A stretch of DNA of 64,000 bases from Candidatus Cloacimonadales bacterium (GCA_963662585.1 OY759729.1:992001-1056000), one strand, 5' to 3'; numbered from the stretch's first letter, positions 52,475 through 62,699 are shown. The notes: a model not told the origin generated them from the sequence alone. A program made the numbers and translations.

Positions 52475-52789
52475 TTCAGGATATTTTTTAAAAACTTTCC
52501 AACTCCAATTAATCATTCTCACAAGGTAAGGTTTAAATTATTCTAAGGATTTATCTTGTCAAGTAACTAAATTTTTACTTATAATAGCCTAAATTTTATA
52601 ACTTAAGAATATATAATAATTTAAAAAGATGCTAATCGTAAATAAAGCTAGGAAAGCTTATTATATAATTGTTTGCTATATAGATAGTTAAGAATTTGTG
52701 TTTTATTTTTAAATTCTTCTTAAAAATTAGCAAATACTTAAAATATTTTTTCTGTGAAAATAGTATTTTTCTCTAGATTTTTTACTATC

Positions 52790-52905
52790 ATTCCCTTCTC
52801 CTCCACCACTCCTTATCTGAATACTCAAATATTTTTCGAATTTTACTTGAAATGACAGTTACAGAGCATTAAGAGAGAGGCATAAGACCAAGAAGAACTT
52901 GAGCA
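52790..52905. repeat. Degenerate palindromic repeat, family A copy 2
   Basis: Core 52825-52868 matches 15444-15487 at 35 of 44 nt. Confidence 0.6.
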
Positions 52906-52971
52906 ATTAGCTAAACTAAGTACCAATAAATGTGGAAAAAATTCAACACTTTTATTGAAATTAAGAATCCT

Positions 52972-53350
52972 TAACCCCGGCGTCTTCCTTAGGAAGGACC
53001 CCAAGCTAGGAAGTTAAAAAGAGCTTTAATGAAGAAAAAAGGCTTCTTAAATTCCCCGCTTTAGTGCTGAAGGCACGCTAAAAGAGGGCTGGCGGGGAAG
53101 CAGCTCTTAACTGGGAAAGTGAGCATCCTGCTCGCACCACGCAGTAGCATGGTAGATTAATTTATTTCTGGTATTTCTAGATTTTTAAGCAATTTTACGG
53201 AGTAGCGACTTCTGACAGACAAATTTCTTTCGTCCGAAGTCCCTTGCCTAGGGCTGAGGAAACCGGTCTTCAGGATGTCCACATTCCGACAGAAGAGGGA
53301 TTATAACGCTGTAAACTCCCCGCTTTAATATAAAAGAGAGGTGGCTGTGC
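52972..53350. repeat. GC-rich cluster of short palindromes (REP-like) or structured RNA
   Basis: TTCCCCGC/GCGGGGAA (53052-53099); TCCCCGCTTTA...TAAAAGAGRGSTGGC present twice; GTGAGCA-TCC-TGCTCGC; inverted pair CGGAGTAGCGACTTCTGA / TCAGGATGTCCACATTCCG. Confidence 0.55.
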
Positions 53351-53533
53351 AAGATACGGTTTATATATAAAGCAGGAAAATATAGACACCTTATAGAGGG
53401 GGAAAAAATCATTAATTCTAATTCTTATTCTAAACTCTTGTCCTGACGATATTAGCAGATTTAAGGAAAATAATCTTGCCAAGAATAGGAGGTAAAATAT
53501 AGTAACCATGAAGAAATTTTAGGAGTACTTTTT

Positions 53534-56389
53534 ATGAAAAATATATTTTTAACACTAGTGATAATGGTCTGTCTGGTCAACATATTTGCTCATCCAAAAT
53601 TAGATATAGATTCTCATAGATCATTGATTCAACCAACCAGGATAGATTCTTTACATGGATTTGATGTAATTAGTTATTATATTGATATAGCAATAGATGA
53701 TCAAGAACAATATATTTCAGGTTCAGTAGAAACAGTGTTAGTTGCTGAAGAGAACTTAGAAGTTATAGAGTATAATCTTGTGGGATTAACAGTCAATAGC
53801 ATCCTAGTTGATGGAGAAAATGCTACTTTCACTCACAATGCAGGCATAATATCTATACCTGTAGATGTTGAAAATAATCAACAGATCACTACAAAAATAT
53901 TCTATTCAGGGAATCCTCAGCTTACTACTGATGATTATAATATAGGCATGGTCTTTAGAAGTAATATGGTATTTACTATATCTGACCCCAATGCTGCCAG
54001 AAACTGGTTCCCGAGTTATGACCACCCTTGGGATAAGGCTTTAGTAAGTTTTAATGTTACTTGTCGTAGTGATTGGGTAGCAGCTTGTAATGGAATTCAA
54101 GGAGCTACTATTGATAATGGTAATGGGACAAAAAGTTACGAATGGATTGGAGAGAATCCCATGGCAACATACTTAGCAGTAATTCATATTGCTCCATATC
54201 AAGTTATTGAACAAACTTTTACTAAAGAAAATGGCCAAGTTATTCCTATTCAACATTTTGTTCAAAGTCCTTATTATGAAGATTGCTTAGTAGATTTTGA
54301 AAGAGTTCCGGAAATGATGCAGGCTTATACTGATGCTTATGGAGAATACCCCTTTGAGAAGTATGGTCAAGCATTGGTTAATATGCAGACTTATGGAGCG
54401 ATGGAACACCAAACTATGACAACTTTAGGAGTCTCTTATATTGATGGTTCCCCAGACGATCCAGAATATACAGTAGCTCATGAGTTATCTCATCATTGGT
54501 TTGGAGATTGCCTTACTCCTTTTACATGGAAAGATGTTTGGCTATCAGAAGGATTTGCTACTTATTCAGAAGGGATATGGGCTAATCACCTACTTGGTTA
54601 TGATGCAATGATAGAATATGTGAATATAAATATTCAAAATTATTACAAAAACTGGCAAAATTCTGCAGGACCACAAACTATATATGATCCTGATTATCTC
54701 TCTTACTTTACTCCCCCTTCTTATGAAAAAGCAGCTTCAGTACTTCACATGCTAAGATTAGAATTAGGAGATGATACTTTCTGGACAATGATTCAGTCTT
54801 GGTTTGCAGATAACCAAAATGGAAATGTCATAACAGAAGAGTTTCAAAACCACTGTGAAATCGTTTCAGGTTTAGATTTAGATCAATTCTTCCAGCAGTG
54901 GATATATTCCCCAGGTCTTCCATCTTATGAATATGCAGTATTAAGAAACCCCAATACAAATCAAATTAAATTTTATAATAATGTTACTTCTGACACAGGA
55001 GTAGATTTTTACTTAACAATACCTTTCTTTCTTGGTGCTAGTTCTGATTCTTTAAGAACTCAGTTTAGTCCTGGCTTTAGTTTTACAGAAGCAATTGATG
55101 TTGAAGATATCAACGAGCCTATCATTCTCGATCCTGACTCTTGGAATTTAGTAGAGGCAAAAAATGAGATTTCACTTACAATGAATAGTGTTTTTGCAGG
55201 AAACTCTCAAGCGATATTAAATTGGACAGCCTTTCCTAATGAAGCTGATTTCTCAGGTTATAATGTTTATATGAAGGAAGTAAGCCAAGCTGATTGGAGC
55301 TTAGTCAATGAAGAGCCAATTGAGTCAAATATCTATTTTGTCAATGGTTTAGAAAATGGGGTGGAATATCACTTTTATGTCGTTATTAGGGATTCTGAAG
55401 GATTCGAAACATACCCTAGTGACAGTCTTGACATGACAGTAACACCTCAAAGCATTACTCCTAGTCAATCTATCTTAATCGTCGATGATAGTGCTGATGG
55501 AGTGGGAGCACTATTGAGTCCAAGCGATGAAGAAATCGATAACTTTTATAATAACATTTTTACTGGAATAGAAATAGGAAATATTGATTTAAACGAAGAA
55601 GAACTAAGCTATGAAGTTATGTCTGATTATGATGTTTTAGTTTGGCATAATGATACAGTAGCCTCAAGCTCCTTTGCAGATTATGAGTCAATTTTAGGTA
55701 ATTATCTTCTTTCAGGAGGTAAGTTAATTGTCTCAGGCTGGAAAACGATTTTTGATATATCACCTAGTTTTGCAGAAACATTCTTAGGTATAAGCTCTTT
55801 TGAGTTAGTTAATTCACCTTACTTGAATACTGCTGTAGCTACGAATTTGATGTATTCTAATTTAGACTCCAATAGCGAATTGATGCCTGCTATCTGGAAT
55901 GGGCAACTTTCAATGATAACAACTTTCCCAAATTCACAACATAGTTTTTATACTACTGCAGACCTTTCTACAAGCGTAGCTGTGCAAAGTACTACAGAGT
56001 CTAACTGGGAAACTTACTTTTTTGGCTTCCCCCTCTACTATTTTCAAGCTCAACAGGTTAAATATGCAATCATGACAATTTTGAGCAACACAAATCCTCC
56101 TGTGGAAAATGATAACCAAATCGAAATTGCTCATTCCGACTTAATTTTCTTCCCTAATCCTGCTAGTTCTACTCTAAAAATTAGATCTAATACAAAAGAA
56201 AATGAGACCATGCAAATTTCCATGTATAACTTAAGAGGTCAGAAAGTGCTAGACTATAACAATATAGAGATGAAAAGTGGCAAGCTCGAATTAAAGCTAG
56301 CGGAAAAAAAACTAGCAAATGGCGTATATTTTATTAAAATTTCTAGTAATAAAAGAGATGAATTAAGAAAACTTCTAATCATGAAGTAA
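53534..56389 (+). CDS. Secreted M1-family zinc aminopeptidase with FN3 and a Por/T9SS-type C-terminal domain
   Basis: Signal peptide; WFPSYDHPWDKA; GAMEH; HELSHHWFG...WLSEGFATY; YEKAA; C-terminus FFPNPA...MYNLRGQKV...NGVYF...KLLIMK. Confidence 0.92.
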   Translation: MKNIFLTLVIMVCLVNIFAHPKLDIDSHRSLIQPTRIDSLHGFDVISYYIDIAIDDQEQYISGSVETVLVAEENLEVIEYNLVGLTVNSILVDGENATFTHNAGIISIPVDVENNQQITTKIFYSGNPQLTTDDYNIGMVFRSNMVFTISDPNAARNWFPSYDHPWDKALVSFNVTCRSDWVAACNGIQGATIDNGNGTKSYEWIGENPMATYLAVIHIAPYQVIEQTFTKENGQVIPIQHFVQSPYYEDCLVDFERVPEMMQAYTDAYGEYPFEKYGQALVNMQTYGAMEHQTMTTLGVSYIDGSPDDPEYTVAHELSHHWFGDCLTPFTWKDVWLSEGFATYSEGIWANHLLGYDAMIEYVNINIQNYYKNWQNSAGPQTIYDPDYLSYFTPPSYEKAASVLHMLRLELGDDTFWTMIQSWFADNQNGNVITEEFQNHCEIVSGLDLDQFFQQWIYSPGLPSYEYAVLRNPNTNQIKFYNNVTSDTGVDFYLTIPFFLGASSDSLRTQFSPGFSFTEAIDVEDINEPIILDPDSWNLVEAKNEISLTMNSVFAGNSQAILNWTAFPNEADFSGYNVYMKEVSQADWSLVNEEPIESNIYFVNGLENGVEYHFYVVIRDSEGFETYPSDSLDMTVTPQSITPSQSILIVDDSADGVGALLSPSDEEIDNFYNNIFTGIEIGNIDLNEEELSYEVMSDYDVLVWHNDTVASSSFADYESILGNYLLSGGKLIVSGWKTIFDISPSFAETFLGISSFELVNSPYLNTAVATNLMYSNLDSNSELMPAIWNGQLSMITTFPNSQHSFYTTADLSTSVAVQSTTESNWETYFFGFPLYYFQAQQVKYAIMTILSNTNPPVENDNQIEIAHSDLIFFPNPASSTLKIRSNTKENETMQISMYNLRGQKVLDYNNIEMKSGKLELKLAEKKLANGVYFIKISSNKRDELRKLLIMK

Positions 56390-56434
56390 CTTAATTCTGC
56401 ATGAATTCAATTTTAGCTAAAAAGGGGATTATCT

Positions 56435-58750
56435 ATGCAAGATGAAAAGAAGATTCCGAGGACACTACCTGTATTGGTAAATCCTAATTTGGTATTATTT
56501 CCCTTTATGATAATGCCATTAATTGTTGCTGAGCCTGAGAAAATAGCAGTTGTGGATTACGCTTTGACCCACGACAAATCACTAGGTTTATTCCTGCAGA
56601 AGGAAGACCAAGAGAGTGAAGCCGTTGAGGTTTATGAATATGGAACAGCAGCGTCAATTATAAAGATGGTAAGAAATAAAGATGGCTCACTATCCATCTT
56701 ACTACAAGGAAACTCTAGAATTAGAATTGAGAAGATTATTCAACATGAACCAATTCTTATGGTTGAAGTTGAATCTTTAGGTGAAAGAAAAGATGACACC
56801 CCTAAGATTCAAGCTTTAAGAAAGATAGCTTTGGAGTTATTAGAGACTGTCGCAGTTGAGAGTAATCTTCCAGGTAAAGAGTTTCTTCCTTCAATTAAAC
56901 AGATACCGCAAACTAGCCGAGTTGCTGATTTAATAGCAGAAAACACAGATATTAAAACATTGGAGAAACAAGATATTCTTTCAACTCTCGATTTAGTCTT
57001 TAGACTAGAAAAGTTGAATAAATATCTCGCAGATTTAATAAAACAACTCCAATTAGAGAATAGAATTAGGAGTAATATCGAGCTAGAGATGTCTGAAGAT
57101 CAGAGAAAATACTATCTTCGTGAACAGCTACTAGCGATTAGAAAAGAGCTAGGTGAGAGTGATGAAGTAGAGCAAGAAATTGAGAGCTGGGAAAAGAAAA
57201 TCGCCAAAGCAAATCTACCAGACTATGTTCTGGAAGCTGCTGAAGATGAACTTTCGAAAATGACCAGTATGCAACCTGCTTCAAGTGAATACAGTGTAAT
57301 TCGCAACTACTTAGATTGGATTGTGAATATTCCTTGGTCTAAAAAAACTAAAGATAACTATAACTTAGAGAAAATAGATAAAATCCTAACAAAGGATCAT
57401 TACGGCTTAGATAAGGCTAAAGAGAGAATTATCGAATTTATAGCTGTGAAAAAGCTTAGACAAGAAGTCAAAGGACCTATTCTTTGTTTTGTCGGACCTC
57501 CTGGAGTAGGTAAAACTTCCATTGGTAAATCAGTTGCCAAAGCCTTAAATAGAAACTTTATCAGAATGTCCCTAGGTGGTGTTCATGATGAAGCTGAGAT
57601 TAGAGGCCATAGAAGAACTTATATCGGGGCAATGCCAGGCAAGATTCTTACTGAGATTAAAAGAGCAGGTTCTTCAAACCCTATCTTTATGCTTGATGAA
57701 ATCGATAAATTAGGCCGTGATTTTAGAGGCGATCCAGCCTCTGCCCTATTAGAAGTTCTCGATCCTGAACAAAACTTCTCTTTTGTGGATCACTATATTA
57801 ATCTTCCTTACGACTTAAGCGATGTGATGTTTATCACTACTGCTAACTCTCTAAACACTATACCACAACCTCTTTTGGATAGGATGGAGATTATAGAGTT
57901 TTCAAGTTATGTGGAAGAAGAAAAAATCGAAATTGCCAAAAGATATTTGATTCCAAGAGAAATAGAAAATAACGGAATCAAAAAGCAAAATGTCAGTATG
58001 GCAAAATCAGCTCTGCAAGAAATTATCAGATATTATGTCAAAGAAGCAGGAGTTCGTTCTCTTCAGAGAACTATCGGAACAGTTATGCGAAAAATCGCCC
58101 GTAAAGTTGCAGAAGGTGATGATGCTTTAGTAAAAGTAACTGATAAAAATGTTAAAGAGTATCTTGGATTTAGAAAATTCTCTGCTGAATTAAAGAATAG
58201 AAAACCAGAAGTAGGAATTACAACAGGCTTAGCTTGGACAAGCTTTGGTGGCGAGATTCTCTTCTGTGAAGCCATTAAGATGCCTGGGAAGGGAGTTATT
58301 AAACTTACAGGACAACTAGGCAAAGTGATGCAGGAGTCTGCTCAGATTGCTTTAAGTTACCTGCAGGCTAACCATAAAAAGTATAATATAGCTTCAGAGA
58401 TATTTACAGATAACTCTATTCATATTCATTTCCCAGCAGGTGCTATTCCTAAAGATGGCCCTTCAGCAGGTGTAACTTTAACAACAACAATCGCTTCCTT
58501 GTTAATGAATAAAAAAGTCAAGCATGATATTGCTATGACAGGTGAAATAACCCTCTTGGGAAAAGTGCTAGCTATCGGGGGATTAAGAGAAAAGATATTA
58601 GCAGCTAAAAGAGCAGGTATTCACCATGTGATTGTTCCTTTTGATAATCAAGACAGCATTGAAGAATTGCCTGATTATATCAAAGATGGGATGCAGATTG
58701 AATTTGCTAAGAATGTCGATGACATTCTGCAAAAGGTACTTATTGATTAA
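56435..58750 (+). CDS. lon: ATP-dependent Lon protease
   Basis: LON N-domain, GPPGVGKTS, HRRTYIGAMPG, LDEIDK, PKDGPSAG (catalytic Ser), IGGLREK. Confidence 0.97.
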   Translation: MQDEKKIPRTLPVLVNPNLVLFPFMIMPLIVAEPEKIAVVDYALTHDKSLGLFLQKEDQESEAVEVYEYGTAASIIKMVRNKDGSLSILLQGNSRIRIEKIIQHEPILMVEVESLGERKDDTPKIQALRKIALELLETVAVESNLPGKEFLPSIKQIPQTSRVADLIAENTDIKTLEKQDILSTLDLVFRLEKLNKYLADLIKQLQLENRIRSNIELEMSEDQRKYYLREQLLAIRKELGESDEVEQEIESWEKKIAKANLPDYVLEAAEDELSKMTSMQPASSEYSVIRNYLDWIVNIPWSKKTKDNYNLEKIDKILTKDHYGLDKAKERIIEFIAVKKLRQEVKGPILCFVGPPGVGKTSIGKSVAKALNRNFIRMSLGGVHDEAEIRGHRRTYIGAMPGKILTEIKRAGSSNPIFMLDEIDKLGRDFRGDPASALLEVLDPEQNFSFVDHYINLPYDLSDVMFITTANSLNTIPQPLLDRMEIIEFSSYVEEEKIEIAKRYLIPREIENNGIKKQNVSMAKSALQEIIRYYVKEAGVRSLQRTIGTVMRKIARKVAEGDDALVKVTDKNVKEYLGFRKFSAELKNRKPEVGITTGLAWTSFGGEILFCEAIKMPGKGVIKLTGQLGKVMQESAQIALSYLQANHKKYNIASEIFTDNSIHIHFPAGAIPKDGPSAGVTLTTTIASLLMNKKVKHDIAMTGEITLLGKVLAIGGLREKILAAKRAGIHHVIVPFDNQDSIEELPDYIKDGMQIEFAKNVDDILQKVLID

Positions 58751-58756
58751 ATATCT

Positions 58757-58785
58757 TGAGTGGAGGCTCCCTGCCTCCACCCTCA
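58757..58785. repeat. GC-rich hairpin after lon, without a U-tract (REP-like)
   Basis: GTGGAGGC-TCCCT-GCCTCCAC at 58760-58780. Confidence 0.45.
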
Positions 58786-58880
58786 TAAATTAAGCTCTTC
58801 AGGGAAACAGAATTTTCCGACTGGACACAAAAGTGTTCTCAGTCCATAAATCTAAGGATAAAATAGAAACAAAGGAAATA

Positions 58881-60350
58881 ATGAAAGAAAAGAAAATAAG
58901 AGATGTTAATATTCTCATAGATGTCGAAGCAGAATTTGTAAATAAAGCAGAATATGTATTTAGAACATATTTCTTTATTCTACAACTTAATCCCATATTC
59001 TTTTATGGAGAAACTAGAAAGCAAATTGATATTTACTACGGAAGTAAGCTAAATACTAGTTACCCCTTAACGATTAAGTATAATCAAGGGACAAATGACT
59101 TCTTTCAATCTAGTAGATTCTATCCTCAGTTTAAGGTAAGATTTAATAACTATAAAAATGAAAAGATTCCTTTTTTCTTTTCTGACCCAGGAAGTATTTA
59201 CTCTATTGGTGAAAAAACTGCTAGAATTAATAAAGATATCATTGCTTCAGGATTTTATTTTCTCTCTTGCTGGAAAGAATATGTAAACAAAAAAAATACT
59301 GACCCAGATATAAGATTTAAATATACAAAATCTATGCAGTATAAATGGGACTTTGCTGAAGTACCTGTTGTTGATGCCTACTGTGATATCTTAGATAACA
59401 TTTTAGAATTAACTTTACCTAGTTATGAACGAGGTTCAAGATGGCAAAATGATAATAGTTTCTGTATGACCCTATCCCATGACATAGACTATTGGGATGT
59501 CTGGAGTAAAGATCAGTTTTCCAAAATAATGAAATATAATAAGGATAGAATTAAACAAGACCCTATCCGTTCTCTTTATAAAATCATTGGCCATTACTTT
59601 ACTAAAAAAAGTTTTAATCCAGTGAAGAATATCCAAAAATTGATAAGAAAAGAAAATAACCTTAAAGTCAGAAGTACTAACTTTATTCTTGTCCAAGATA
59701 ACTCAGATGATAATAGAAGAAATTACTTCTCCAATGAAGAATATAAGACAGGACTAAAATCTGTTTTCACATCTTACGATGTTGGCTTGCATGGTTCTCC
59801 AGACTCTGCTTACTATATCAAAGAGACCAAAAAAGAATTAGAGAGATTACACAAACTATTCCCACAACCTCTGGGATATCGTTCCCATAAACTCTCTTTT
59901 CAATATCAAGGTTCTTTTGACATCCTAGAAAAGATGAATTTAAAATTTGATTCTTCCTTAGGATATTGGGAACATATCGGATTTAGAGCCGGAATATCCT
60001 TCCCTTTCTATCCTTACGATATTGAGAATGATAGACCTTTTACTATTCTAGAGATTCCTTTGATTGTTATGGATACAACTTTGATTTCTCAGGCAGGAAT
60101 GGGTATTAATCCTTTTGTAGCCTCATACAGATTATCAAAATTAATCCAACGAGCGAAAAAGTTTCAATCCCACATCTCTGTTTTGTGGCATAATAATACC
60201 TTTGACACTATAGATTTCCCTTGGTGGAGCTGGCTCTACTGGTCTTTGATTAGAAGAGCTAAAAAGAACAATGCTTGGGTTTGTTCCTTAGATGATTTGT
60301 ATGAATACTGGATTCATAAAACAGATAGACTAAAGTCATCTGATAATTAG
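58881..60350 (+). CDS. Polysaccharide deacetylase family protein (CE4-like) with N-terminal extension (start corrected to 58881)
   Basis: DIIASGFYFLSCWKEY, LSHDID, VGLHGS, GYRSHKL, FDSSLG, GFRAG, EIPLIVMD, VLWHN; SD AAGGA before ATG 58881. Confidence 0.8.
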   Translation: MKEKKIRDVNILIDVEAEFVNKAEYVFRTYFFILQLNPIFFYGETRKQIDIYYGSKLNTSYPLTIKYNQGTNDFFQSSRFYPQFKVRFNNYKNEKIPFFFSDPGSIYSIGEKTARINKDIIASGFYFLSCWKEYVNKKNTDPDIRFKYTKSMQYKWDFAEVPVVDAYCDILDNILELTLPSYERGSRWQNDNSFCMTLSHDIDYWDVWSKDQFSKIMKYNKDRIKQDPIRSLYKIIGHYFTKKSFNPVKNIQKLIRKENNLKVRSTNFILVQDNSDDNRRNYFSNEEYKTGLKSVFTSYDVGLHGSPDSAYYIKETKKELERLHKLFPQPLGYRSHKLSFQYQGSFDILEKMNLKFDSSLGYWEHIGFRAGISFPFYPYDIENDRPFTILEIPLIVMDTTLISQAGMGINPFVASYRLSKLIQRAKKFQSHISVLWHNNTFDTIDFPWWSWLYWSLIRRAKKNNAWVCSLDDLYEYWIHKTDRLKSSDN

Positions 60351-60391
60351 TATTTAGTTTTAAAATTAATATATAAAAGATAGGAGTTTAA

Positions 60392-62659
60392 ATGATCTTA
60401 ACCGATAATGCAAAAGTAGTACTAGAAAAAAGGTACTACCAAAAGAATGACAAAGGAGAAACAATTGAGAATTGGGAAAAATTAGTCAGTAGAGTTGCTA
60501 CTAATATCTCTCAAGGCGATGAAGATAAATATCAACGCTACTATAAACTTTTAGATTCAGGTAATTTCTTGCCTAATTCACCTACTCTGATGAATGCTGG
60601 AAATGACCTTCAACAACTTTCTGCTTGCTTTGTTCTTCCTTTAGAAGATAGTATGGAAGGCATATTTACTACAATTAAAGATGCAGCGATGATTCATAAA
60701 AGTGGTGGTGGAACTGGATTTTCCTTTAGTAAATTGCGCGAGACAAATGCTCGTGTACGCTCTACTAATGGAGTCTCTTCAGGTCCTATTAGTTTTCTCA
60801 AGGTCTTCAATAGTGCAACTGATGCTGTAAAACAAGGTGGAACTAGAAGAGGAGCCAATATGGCTATCTTGAGTGTTCAGCACCCCCAGATTATTGATTT
60901 CATTACTTGCAAAGAAGATACAACAGAATTAAATAATTTCAATATTTCTGTAGGTGTTACTGAAGATTTTATGAAAGCAGTCAAAAATGATGATGACTTC
61001 CCACTAATTTCCCCCCATGATCACCAAGTAAAAGAAACTGTAAAAGCCCGTGACATCTTTTCTCTCATAGTAGAAAAAGCTCATAAAAATGGGGAACCAG
61101 GAATAATCTTCTTAGACAGAATTAATAAACATAACCCAACTCCTCATATAGGAGAAATAGAATCAACAAATCCATGTGGAGAGCAACCTCTGCTCCCTAA
61201 TGAAGCCTGTAATCTTGGCTCAATAAATTTAGACAACTTCTACTCACCTGAAGGAATTCAATGGGATTATCTTAAAGAAACAATTTTTGAATCTGTGGAA
61301 TTCTTAGATGATGTTATCAATGTATCAAACTTCCCTCTACCTGATATCGATAAAATGGTAAAAGCAAATCGTAAGATTGGACTCGGTATCATGGGTTGGG
61401 CAGATTTATTATACCAAATGGGAATACCATACAACAGTCAAGAGGCTGTTGATTTAGCAAGAGAAATAATGGAGTTTGTTGACTATTACAGTAAAGTAAA
61501 ATCAATGGAGATTGCTCAAGTTAAGGGTTCGTTCCCTAACTTTAAGGGTAGTATCTATGATAGTAATTCTTTAATTCGTAAAGACAATAAATTACAGTGG
61601 GATAATTTAAAAAGTTCTATAAAGAGTAATGGCTTACGCAATGCAACTCTAACAACTATTGCTCCTACTGGTACGATTTCAATGATAGCTGATACTTCCA
61701 GCGGTATTGAACCTCAATTCTCTTTAGTCTATGTTAAATATGTTATGGATGGTGAAAAACTTATCTATGTGAATAAGCATCTAAAAAGTAGATTAGAAAA
61801 GGCTGGAATTTATAGTGAAGAGTTGATGGAAAAGATTTCCCAAGCTGGTGGATTAACTCATATTGATGAGATTCCGGAAGAGATTAAAGAAGTCTTTGTT
61901 ACTTCTCATGATATCTCACCTGAATGGCATATTAGAATGCAGGCAGCTTTCCAAGAATATACAGATAATGCCGTATCTAAAACAATAAACTTTAAAAATG
62001 ATGCTAGTCCAGATGATATTAAAATGGCTTATGAATTAGCTTATGAAACTGCTTGTAAAGGTGTAACTGTTTATCGTGATGGCTCAAGGCAATTCCAGGT
62101 TCTTAATGTTGGCAAGAAGATTAATGAAGAGAAAGAGACTCCTAATGTAAAACGCTCTCCTAGAATTAGACCTGAAATTACTAGCGGTATTACTCAAAAA
62201 ATCGAAACAGGTTGCGGTCACATGTATGTTACCATCAATTCTGATAATCAAGGTGCTTGTGAAATGTTTATCCAAATGGGTAAAGTCGGTGGATGTGCAT
62301 CTGCTCAATTAGAAGCGCAAGCTCGTCTTATCTCCATGGCCCTTAGAGCTGATATAGATATCGAGTCTATTATTAGACAACTCAAAGGTATTCGCTGTCC
62401 TTCTCCGATGTGGAATAAAGGGAAATTAGTTACTTCTTGTTCAGATGCAGTTGCTACAGCTCTACAGAAGTTTGCAGAACTAACCAAAGTAAATGGAGTT
62501 GCTAAGATTAATTTTCATACTGAAGGTGAAATGATAGTAGAAAATAAAGAACAAGCTCAATCAAATACTTCCATTAAGACTTGCCCAGAATGTGGTTCGA
62601 CAGTATATCACGAAGAAGGATGCCTTAAGTGTCAAGCTTGTGGTTGGTCAAAGTGTTAA
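60392..62659 (+). CDS. nrdJ: Class II (adenosylcobalamin-dependent) ribonucleotide reductase with TSCPD domain and C-terminal zinc ribbon
   Basis: FLPNSPTLMNAG, LSACFV, GGGTG, QGGTRRGANM, TNPCGEQPL, TIAPTGTIS, KGVTVYRDGSR, TSCSDA, CPECG...CLKCQACGWSKC. Confidence 0.95.
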   Translation: MILTDNAKVVLEKRYYQKNDKGETIENWEKLVSRVATNISQGDEDKYQRYYKLLDSGNFLPNSPTLMNAGNDLQQLSACFVLPLEDSMEGIFTTIKDAAMIHKSGGGTGFSFSKLRETNARVRSTNGVSSGPISFLKVFNSATDAVKQGGTRRGANMAILSVQHPQIIDFITCKEDTTELNNFNISVGVTEDFMKAVKNDDDFPLISPHDHQVKETVKARDIFSLIVEKAHKNGEPGIIFLDRINKHNPTPHIGEIESTNPCGEQPLLPNEACNLGSINLDNFYSPEGIQWDYLKETIFESVEFLDDVINVSNFPLPDIDKMVKANRKIGLGIMGWADLLYQMGIPYNSQEAVDLAREIMEFVDYYSKVKSMEIAQVKGSFPNFKGSIYDSNSLIRKDNKLQWDNLKSSIKSNGLRNATLTTIAPTGTISMIADTSSGIEPQFSLVYVKYVMDGEKLIYVNKHLKSRLEKAGIYSEELMEKISQAGGLTHIDEIPEEIKEVFVTSHDISPEWHIRMQAAFQEYTDNAVSKTINFKNDASPDDIKMAYELAYETACKGVTVYRDGSRQFQVLNVGKKINEEKETPNVKRSPRIRPEITSGITQKIETGCGHMYVTINSDNQGACEMFIQMGKVGGCASAQLEAQARLISMALRADIDIESIIRQLKGIRCPSPMWNKGKLVTSCSDAVATALQKFAELTKVNGVAKINFHTEGEMIVENKEQAQSNTSIKTCPECGSTVYHEEGCLKCQACGWSKC

Positions 62660-62699
62660 CTTCAAAAAACATATAACAACTATATTTATTATCAAATAC

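Noticed and set aside
53212..53280. Hammerhead-like words on the minus strand (CTGAAGA...GGACGAAA...GTC)
   Set aside because: Stems I, II and III do not close at the required positions, and CTGAAGA pairs instead with a local TCCTCAG.
53251..53353. RNase P RNA-like fragments (GAGGAAA, GTAAACTCC, GCAAG)
   Set aside because: There is no GAGGAAAGTCC and no matching 3' P4 strand, and the spacing is inconsistent. tmRNA and tRNA ends are also absent.
53270..53509. 79-aa minus-strand ORF upstream of the M1 peptidase
   Set aside because: It overlaps the peptidase promoter and the palindrome cluster, and has no convincing SD or protein features.
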